Assembly: GCA_038231455.1 (NCBI GenBank)
Contig: JBBRLI010000016.1
Coordinates: forward strand, 1-64,000
DNA from: Vulcanimicrobiales bacterium
Lineage (GTDB): Bacteria; Vulcanimicrobiota; Vulcanimicrobiia; Vulcanimicrobiales; Vulcanimicrobiaceae
Direction of reading: 5' to 3'
DNA: 64,000 bases
Shown here: positions 57,759 through 64,000 of the stretch, piece after piece
How the letters are laid out: every line of letters begins with the position of its first letter
How positions within the stretch are numbered: position 1 is the stretch's first letter
Notes under the pieces: model-generated
What the model was told of the DNA's origin: nothing
Database searches by the model: none
Seen by the model: only the letters and a program-made list of their open reading frames with translations
Made by a program: the position numbers and the translations under genes

Positions 57759-58346
57759 CTAGGCCGTGCGCACGTTCGCGAAGAGCAGCCCGACATAGAA
57801 GAGCAGCCACGCAAAATTAGCGACGGCGATCGCACGCTGAACGCCTTCGGCTTTGCTAAAAATTGGCACGATCGTAAGAAAGATCACGCCGACTTTTAGG
57901 CTGGTGTCCAGCCCGGGCGCGATATGACCGTCGAGTAAATATGTTTGAAAAAACGACAACGCGACGACCACACTTTGCAATCCGAAGAATAAGCGGCGGT
58001 TATCGGCATACACCGATTCCATCGATGCATTCGCTGCGCGCTCGCTACCCGGTAAGAGCAGCGATGCATTGATGTAAAGAACCGTCGGCAGCGCAAGCGT
58101 CGTCAAAAAGATCGCAAACGTCCAATGGTCGTGGTGAAGTAAGCTGAAATCGGACCACCACACAAGGGTGAGCAGCAAGAAAAGATTGAGCGCCCAGAGC
58201 AGCGTCGGCCAATAGATTTTCGCCGAGCGCCGATGATGCAAGACGCGTACGACCCCCGCGAGGATCTGCGACATCCCAAAGCCGATGACGATCGAAATGA
58301 GTACCGAGAGATAGGTAAAGACGTCGGAATTTCCGCTCACGGGCAA
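57759..58346 (-). CDS. hypothetical membrane protein
   Basis: FTYLSVLISIVIGFG...YW...WW, with five to six TM helices. Confidence 0.75.
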   Translation of the reverse strand: MPVSGNSDVFTYLSVLISIVIGFGMSQILAGVVRVLHHRRSAKIYWPTLLWALNLFLLLTLVWWSDFSLLHHDHWTFAIFLTTLALPTVLYINASLLLPGSERAANASMESVYADNRRLFFGLQSVVVALSFFQTYLLDGHIAPGLDTSLKVGVIFLTIVPIFSKAEGVQRAIAVANFAWLLFYVGLLFANVRTA

Positions 58347-58358
58347 AGATGCGCCCCT

Positions 58359-58399
58359 TTGACTACTCGTGCTAATGTGCTATTGTATTAATGCGATAG
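58359..58399 (+). promoter_or_regulatory. sigma70-type promoter with overlapping palindrome
   Basis: TTGACT-N16-TATTGT with a TG extension. CTATTGTATT/AATGCGATAG imperfect inverted repeat at 58380-58399. Confidence 0.4.
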
Positions 58400-58426
58400 T
58401 TCAATGTCGACGTTCGGAGGACCCGA

Positions 58427-59299
58427 GTGAATCTGATGAGTCTCCTTCGTGTAAGCATGTTTGCCGTGTGGCTCGTCGCGACCGCCAGCCCCGAAGCCAC
58501 TTCGACGGCCCCGCCGATCCTCACGCCCGATGCCATCTACCTGCGCTCCGTTGCGGCCATGAAAGCCGCGCCGATTCCAGCCTACGTGGCATTTCGTGAA
58601 ACCGTCTCCGGACGAAATTTCCGTATGGCGTGCACGAAGGATGGCATGAGCCTAACGCTCCATCACGGCGACTCCAGCGGCACGTTCCACGTGTACGTCC
58701 GCACGAGCGACGGAAGCGCCATCTCCCAAAACATCGCCGACGCAAAGGCCCCGATATGCTCGGGAGCGCTTTTAATACCGGCTGGCTCAGAGATTTCGGC
58801 GCTGGGAGCGCCGCAAGCCACGGCTTCCGCGCAGCCGCACGATGCATCCTCAGACCTGAACGGACCGAAGATCATCGGATCGGTGCGCGTAAATAGCGTG
58901 CGCGATTATCACATTGATCTCGTCGGTCACGAAACGCTCGATGCAAACGACGTCTATCATCTGCATCTGCGCGCCTATCGCAATCCTGAAATGCATCCAC
59001 TCACCGATCTCTTCGTCGATCAGACAACGTTTCTCGTGCGCGAAGTTCGCGGCGAAGCCTCCGCGCACGCGATCGTCGGAAGCGGCCGCGTCGCGGGCAT
59101 CGTCGATTTCGATCGTGTCGGCGACTTTTGGCTCATCAAGCGCGAGCACTTTGAAGCGGCAGCAAACGCCTTGCTCGTGCACGCGCGCATGAGCGCCGAT
59201 ATCGAAGCCAGCAACATGTCGACGCCGAGCGATCTTCCCGGCATCACCTTTCCTACGGTCCGCCCATCGCCGAGCGCCGCACCATCGCGAAGCCCGTAA
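58427..59299 (+). CDS. secreted hypothetical protein (LolA-like beta-rich fold possible)
   Basis: GGAGG RBS, hydrophobic N-terminus, YHLHLR...DLFVDQTTF. Confidence 0.7.
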   Translation: MNLMSLLRVSMFAVWLVATASPEATSTAPPILTPDAIYLRSVAAMKAAPIPAYVAFRETVSGRNFRMACTKDGMSLTLHHGDSSGTFHVYVRTSDGSAISQNIADAKAPICSGALLIPAGSEISALGAPQATASAQPHDASSDLNGPKIIGSVRVNSVRDYHIDLVGHETLDANDVYHLHLRAYRNPEMHPLTDLFVDQTTFLVREVRGEASAHAIVGSGRVAGIVDFDRVGDFWLIKREHFEAAANALLVHARMSADIEASNMSTPSDLPGITFPTVRPSPSAAPSRSP

Positions 59300-59330
59300 C
59301 CGAGAGCGATCACGATCGTCGAGCGAGTCG

Positions 59331-59365
59331 AAAAAAAACACCACGCATCGCTGCGTGGTGTTTTT
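59331..59365. terminator. bidirectional terminator after rplL
   Basis: AAAAAAAACACCACGCA-TCGC-TGCGTGGTGTTTTT between convergent genes. Confidence 0.9.
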
Positions 59366-59384
59366 GATTTCGGTGAGGTCGAAA

Positions 59385-59756
59385 CTACTTGATTTCGACT
59401 TTCGCGCCGGCTTCTTCGATTTTGGTTTTGATCGTCTCGGCTTCTTCTTTGGTGATGCCGGTCTTGATCGCCTTAGGAGCCGATTCCACGAACGCCTTCG
59501 CTTCGGTCAGACCGAGCGAGGTGATTTCGCGGACAGCCTTGATGACTTTGATCTTCTCGGCGCCGATTTCCGTGAGGACGGCGTCGAATTCGGTCTTCTC
59601 GGCAGCCGGAGCAGCAGCGCCACCGCCAGCGGCGGGAGCAGCAGCGGCCGGAGCAGCGGCGCTAACGCCATACTTCTCTTCGAGCGACTTGACGAGTTCG
59701 TTGAGTTCGAGGACTTTGAGGTTATCGATTTGGTCGATGATTTCGGCAACGGACAT
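59385..59756 (-). CDS. rplL: 50S ribosomal protein L7/L12
   Basis: [30 protein letters not shown] and AGAKVEIK. Confidence 0.98.
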   Translation of the reverse strand: MSVAEIIDQIDNLKVLELNELVKSLEEKYGVSAAAPAAAAPAAGGGAAAPAAEKTEFDAVLTEIGAEKIKVIKAVREITSLGLTEAKAFVESAPKAIKTGITKEEAETIKTKIEEAGAKVEIK

Positions 59757-59774
59757 GATAAGTATCTCCTAAAT

Positions 59775-60308
59775 TTATGAAGCGGTTTCCGCGGCTTCTT
59801 TTTGCTCGCGGATCGCATTGAGTGCGCGGACGAGGCCGCTTTGATTGCCGGAGAGCACGTACACAAGACCCGACAACGGACTCTTGAGCGAACCGACGAG
59901 ACGGGATAGCAGTTCGATTTTCGGCGGAAGCGACGCAAGCGCGTTGACTCCAGCCGTATCGACGAGAGCGCCGTCGATCCAAGCTGCTTTGATCTTCACC
60001 GCTGCGTTGGCATCGGCAAATGTTTTGAGGGCTTTGGCAGGCGCGACGGGATCTTCGCCTGCGAACACCACTCCGGTCGGTCCGGCGAGGACCGATTCGA
60101 GCGCTTTGGCGACGTCGTCACCGGCAGCGATCGAGAAGAGCGTGTTCTTGACGACGGAATACGTCGTCCCGTCTTTGCGCAGCTCGGTGCGCAGCTTCGT
60201 GATGTCTTCGACGGTCAGTCCGGCGTAGTTCGTGAAGAACAGGTTCTTCGAACTGGCCAGCTTCGCGCGGAGTTCATCGATCGTCGCTTGTTTTTTTGCG
60301 GTGGGCAT
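59775..60308 (-). CDS. rplJ: 50S ribosomal protein L10
   Basis: MPTAKK...YAGLTV...VVKNTL...LASLP. Confidence 0.97.
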   Translation of the reverse strand: MPTAKKQATIDELRAKLASSKNLFFTNYAGLTVEDITKLRTELRKDGTTYSVVKNTLFSIAAGDDVAKALESVLAGPTGVVFAGEDPVAPAKALKTFADANAAVKIKAAWIDGALVDTAGVNALASLPPKIELLSRLVGSLKSPLSGLVYVLSGNQSGLVRALNAIREQKEAAETAS

Positions 60309-60330
60309 CGACTCTCTCGTTTCTGATATG

Positions 60331-60471
60331 AAAAACGCCTCCGCAAACGTGCGAGGCGCGAGAGTCAACCGGCTGCCTGTTGAGAGGAACACCGGGGGAG
60401 TCGACGCATCCTCGATAGGTGCCGGATTATTCCGAGCATTAACCGCCGTGAGGCGGACCTACGGTCATTGG
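60331..60471 (-). promoter_or_regulatory. L10 ribosomal protein leader with attenuator terminator
   Basis: CCAATGACCGTAGG...TTAA...CCTATCGAGG core, then CGCCTCGCA-CGTT-TGCGGAGGCG-TTTTT before rplJ. Confidence 0.85.
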
Positions 60472-60514
60472 AGCCAGCGATAAGTAAATCACAGAATCAG
60501 GCGGGCGGTCAAGC

Positions 60515-61285
60515 GTGACCACCATAGATGCGATGCGCGCGGAGCGCTGCGAGGGCGGCCTGTGGGCCACCTATGCGCGAAATATCGCAACGAGTGCTGA
60601 TACGCAGGACACCGGGGCCATCGCCGTTGCCGGCGGCTTTGCCATTTGCCTTCAGGGCACGTTTCTTGAATACGCGATCGGGATCGGAGCGGTGCGCCCG
60701 CTCGATGAGACGGATCTGGGGGCGGTGGAGGCGTTCTATACCCGCCGCGGCCTCCCGGCGCGGGTCGAGCTTCACGAAGACGTCGCGGCCCGCGATGCAG
60801 GCTTGCTCGCGGCCGCTGGGTATCGGCCCGAGTTGACCCTGGACGTGTACGAAGCGGAGATCGGGCCAATCGATGTCACGCCTCCCCTGGGCCTCACGGT
60901 GGAAAAAACCGAGAATCGCGTCGAGTGGGCCGAGGTCCTCGTCGAGTCGAGCGACGGATCGGATCGCGCTCGGACGACGCGTTCGGTCCAGGTCAACGCC
61001 CATGCGGCCGTTCTCTATGCCGTTGTTGCCGACGGTCAAATGGTCGGCGGCGGCGCTGTCTCGACCTTCGAAGATGGAGCGTTGCTCTTCAGCGGCGGCG
61101 TGTTGCCGGCGTACCGTCACCGCGGCGCACACCAAGCGTTGATCCGCTCGCGTCTTGCCTATGCGCGTTCGCGCGGCAGCAGTTTTGCCGTGCTGAAGAC
61201 GACGGCCGATTCGCCGGTGGCCGCAAACGCACTCGCGTGCGGTTTCGCGCGAACGCATTCGCGCGTTCGCCTTCGCAAAGCATGA
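60515..61285 (+). CDS. GNAT acetyltransferase (two-domain type)
   Basis: VLPAYRHRGAHQALIRSRL...CGF. Confidence 0.85.
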   Translation: MTTIDAMRAERCEGGLWATYARNIATSADTQDTGAIAVAGGFAICLQGTFLEYAIGIGAVRPLDETDLGAVEAFYTRRGLPARVELHEDVAARDAGLLAAAGYRPELTLDVYEAEIGPIDVTPPLGLTVEKTENRVEWAEVLVESSDGSDRARTTRSVQVNAHAAVLYAVVADGQMVGGGAVSTFEDGALLFSGGVLPAYRHRGAHQALIRSRLAYARSRGSSFAVLKTTADSPVAANALACGFARTHSRVRLRKA

Positions 61286-61878
61286 TCGCGGCGATCCCGC
61301 CGCTCGCGCGCGTGCTGGCGGCCAAACTCTCCGCCCACGTGGAGCTTCAAGGCGAGCCCGAATCCGTGGCGCTCGCATTCACCCCGGCGATCGCGGCGAT
61401 GGACGCGGCCGACCGGGCGTATCGTAAGGCCATCGAATCGGTCCTCGCACCGGCGGCGGCGAGCGAGGTACTGGGAACGATGGCGGCCTTCCGTCACCAG
61501 GTGACGCAAATCCGAGAGAATGCCGCAAAAGAAATCCGCGCGCTCTACGAACGCGCTGGGAAAACGTACGGCGACTACGATCCGCTCGACACCTACACGC
61601 CCTCGACCAGTGGACTTGCCCATGTCGACGGCGTGCGCGTCGCCGATCTCGGCGATCGAGCACGCGCCGACGTCGCGCGCATACGCACCGAAGCAAACGC
61701 GCGCATCGCTCCGCACATCGGCACGCACGCGGCGGCGATCGTCAGCGAAAAAAAACGCCGCGTGACCGCATTCAAAGGCGCACTCCACGAGGTCATCGTT
61801 CCGATCGTCGGCGGTAGCGCGCAAAGCATCTCACCAATTATCGACGATCTCGCTTCGATCGCAGACGGTTTTTATTAG
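61282..61878 (+). CDS. hypothetical protein
   Basis: ATGA overlap with the GNAT stop; helical 198 aa. Confidence 0.65.
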   Translation: MIAAIPPLARVLAAKLSAHVELQGEPESVALAFTPAIAAMDAADRAYRKAIESVLAPAAASEVLGTMAAFRHQVTQIRENAAKEIRALYERAGKTYGDYDPLDTYTPSTSGLAHVDGVRVADLGDRARADVARIRTEANARIAPHIGTHAAAIVSEKKRRVTAFKGALHEVIVPIVGGSAQSISPIIDDLASIADGFY

Positions 61879-61930
61879 GGCGTGATGACCCGAGCGCATG
61901 TCGGGCCTTTACGATTCGCGGCGTCGCGTT

Positions 61931-62299
61931 TTATTCGGTCGGGTTCAGTGTGCCACTCGTGAAGTAGCCGTACCGGCGCACGGCGCAATCCAACACGAAG
62001 ACAACGCCCGGACTCTGCGCGAAGAGTTCCTCGAGGCCGACGACGATCGGATCCACCTGCTGCTCTGTTACCACCGCAACGATGAGCATTTGGCTACTGA
62101 GTTCGTTGAAGAGCAGATGGCCTTCGTGATATCCATGATGGCCCATCCCCGAGACGTTCGGGATAACCGTGTAGCCGCTAACCGGAATCGCCCCCAGCAA
62201 TTCTTTCACGGCATCGACACGTTCGCCGGGTACGACAATTTGAAGCATCTTCATCGGAGTCAATTGGACGGTCACTGATTTTCCTTTGCCTTGGCTCAC
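61931..62299 (-). CDS. P-II-superfamily (SbtB/DUF190-like) regulator
   Basis: MKMLQIVV...SGYTVIPNVSGMGHHG...PGVVFVLD; coupled to dabA. Confidence 0.85.
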   Translation of the reverse strand: MSQGKGKSVTVQLTPMKMLQIVVPGERVDAVKELLGAIPVSGYTVIPNVSGMGHHGYHEGHLLFNELSSQMLIVAVVTEQQVDPIVVGLEELFAQSPGVVFVLDCAVRRYGYFTSGTLNPTE

Positions 62300-64000
62300 A
62301 CTGCGGATGCAATGCGATCGGTTTCAACCTGCGCACCGGTGATATCGCTCTGCGCTTCCCACGTTGCATCGGGCCGGTAATTCCAAAAACTGTTTGTCTC
62401 CGGATCGAATGCTGCGAGTCCGAGCCACTCATTGTGGAACAACCGCTGGAGAATCGCGTTGCGCGCGATCACACGGTCGATTCGGGCACGCGGCGCATTG
62501 ACGATTGCGAGCAGTCGGAGCGGTTCGTGAAACCATCCATCGCGGTCGGCAAGCGACTGAAGGGGCAGACCGGCGCGGATATCGCCTCGGTTTCCCGCCA
62601 TGACGCCGATCCGTCCGACCACATTGTGAATGACTTTCGTGCCGCTCCCATAGCGTTCGTTGTCGACCGTTGCGAAGTAGTAATGATTGTTGATCCACTG
62701 GGCGACGACGAGCGGCGCGGTCATGATGATTTCGAGCAGCGTGCCGTCACGATCGTTTGCAACATCATATTCGTGCAGAAACGTCCGCCGCGCAAGATCG
62801 ACACCGTACGTCATCGAACGCGGCGCGATAATAAAGGCCGCATTGCGCGCGAGCCCCCATTCCGGACGCACTTGCGCCCAGTCGGCAGACCGTGTGTCGA
62901 CGCGCGTTGATCCAAGATCGCGCGCGCGTTCGCTCGCCAAATGCTTGTGTGCCGTTTCAAGATCGTCTTCGAGTCGCTCCAAATCGGCGCGGTGATCGAC
63001 CGGCACGAGTCCTCGGTCGAGGATGGACACGCGATCGGTCGCGGTGTCATGTTCAGCCGCCACAAAGATCGTCGTGCTTGGGATGTCGATTCCGCGCGGA
63101 CGTAAACCTTCGCGTACATCGTCCCGACTGAGCATCGCTGCGAGTGCGCGGGCGTTTGGTCCACCGCGGTATCCCGCACAGGCGCCACAATCAAGAGAGG
63201 CCTCGAACGGATTGTTCTCAGTCGTGCTTCCATGTCCAACGAAGAGCACCAAGCGTGCAAAATTATCGCGCATTCCCATGAGTGCTAACGCCGCTTCGCA
63301 AAAAAATAGGCGCTCGGCCGGTGTAAATCCGACACGATCGGCTTCATGTGGACTCTTCTCGAACGCGAGAACTCTCGGCACGTCGGGTACGATCGCGCGC
63401 TTTACGATCCTACGCAGCGCGCTAAAGAAGCGCGGTTGCAGCGTTCGACCCGCAAGCGGCAGCAAAAACAGCGCACCAATTGCCTCAAAGAGGACGAATG
63501 ACGAACCGACACTGCTCTTGATCTCATCGAGCACTCGTTCGAATTCTGCGAGGAATGCGCGTCCGGCACGATACCGACGGGCGCGCTTCTTCGACGCAGC
63601 GAGGTGCTCGACAATCTCGTGTTTTGGCGTAAGCAAGACGGGGCACGCGGGCTGTGCCCAGTCCGAGTCGAGCGCCCGAAAAGAAATCGGTAACCCAAAG
63701 AATCCAGCGAAGCCGCGTGTGCGATACGGGCCCGTTCTCTCGAGGTGACGTCGAATACCCTCGGAGCGGACGTCGATGCAACAGACAACATCGGCGAGCG
63801 GAGTTTGATTCGAGTCGGTGGCCTGTTCGATCGCTTTGAGCAGGCCATCGCGCGTGTGGATTTCATGCGCTTGCAGCCAGATGAGACCGCGCTCATCGGC
63901 ATCGAGCGCGGTTGCGCCGGCAATAAGCCAGCGCACGTCGTCATCCTCGAGCGCGAGAACTTCCGTCTCGCTAAACTCGAGCACCGACGCCACGTTCGCC
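62296..64000 (-). CDS. dabA: DabA (DUF2309) inorganic carbon pump subunit (5' end outside window)
   Basis: CCIDVRSEGIRRHLE, GFAGFFG, GHGS, LDCGAC, DWAQVRPEWGLARNA and HEPLRL. Confidence 0.93.
   Translation of the reverse strand, partial: ANVASVLEFSETEVLALEDDDVRWLIAGATALDADERGLIWLQAHEIHTRDGLLKAIEQATDSNQTPLADVVCCIDVRSEGIRRHLERTGPYRTRGFAGFFGLPISFRALDSDWAQPACPVLLTPKHEIVEHLAASKKRARRYRAGRAFLAEFERVLDEIKSSVGSSFVLFEAIGALFLLPLAGRTLQPRFFSALRRIVKRAIVPDVPRVLAFEKSPHEADRVGFTPAERLFFCEAALALMGMRDNFARLVLFVGHGSTTENNPFEASLDCGACAGYRGGPNARALAAMLSRDDVREGLRPRGIDIPSTTIFVAAEHDTATDRVSILDRGLVPVDHRADLERLEDDLETAHKHLASERARDLGSTRVDTRSADWAQVRPEWGLARNAAFIIAPRSMTYGVDLARRTFLHEYDVANDRDGTLLEIIMTAPLVVAQWINNHYYFATVDNERYGSGTKVIHNVVGRIGVMAGNRGDIRAGLPLQSLADRDGWFHEPLRLLAIVNAPRARIDRVIARNAILQRLFHNEWLGLAAFDPETNSFWNYRPDATWEAQSDITGAQVETDRIASAV

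Noticed and set aside
1-64000. CRISPR arrays, rRNA, prophage or recognisable anti-phage defence genes
   Set aside because: No regularly spaced repeats, rRNA signatures, phage structural genes or defence motifs were seen by eye.

Overview
GC-rich chromosomal window from a flagellated diderm bacterium (flgH/flgI and msbA present). The gene set looks Eremiobacterota/WPS-2-like, but that is inference only. Left to right it holds: a minus-strand flagellar basal-body cluster (flgK partial, flgN, flgM, flgJ, flgI, flgH, flgA, flgG, flgF; fliE, flgC, flgB) interrupted by a double-GT2 glycosyltransferase and a Ser/Thr kinase; msbA; a strongly divergent photolyase/cryptochrome-family gene; and an AT-richer IS3-riddled islet (about 14.6-19.0 kb) with a truncated NlpC/P60-like effector and candidate immunity genes. 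It continues with two tandem lipoprotein cytochromes c, Moco genes (moaA, moeB, moaE, moaD) with queG and rmlC, an ATP-grasp ligase, phoU, a thioredoxin/ABC-SBP fusion, a DUF2249-Crp regulator, the coaD-rsmD-recG-hisIE-hisF block, and tRNA-Gly and tRNA-Cys, the latter abutting or overlapping a PP2C phosphatase gene. The right end has an M48 peptidase plus three M13 peptidases, an acetamidase with an APC permease, rplJ-rplL with its L10 leader, and the 3' part of dabA with a P-II gene. The most interesting candidates are: (1) a three-hairpin, double-pseudoknot RNA in the flgF leader that could sequester the RBS, downstream of a sigma28-type promoter; (2) a photolyase homologue lacking the CPD-binding and FAD-N5 residues; (3) several genes that seem to need ATT or ACG start codons; (4) a tRNA-CDS junction; (5) the Trx-SBP fusion. 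All protein calls come from motif recognition by eye; no database search was run.
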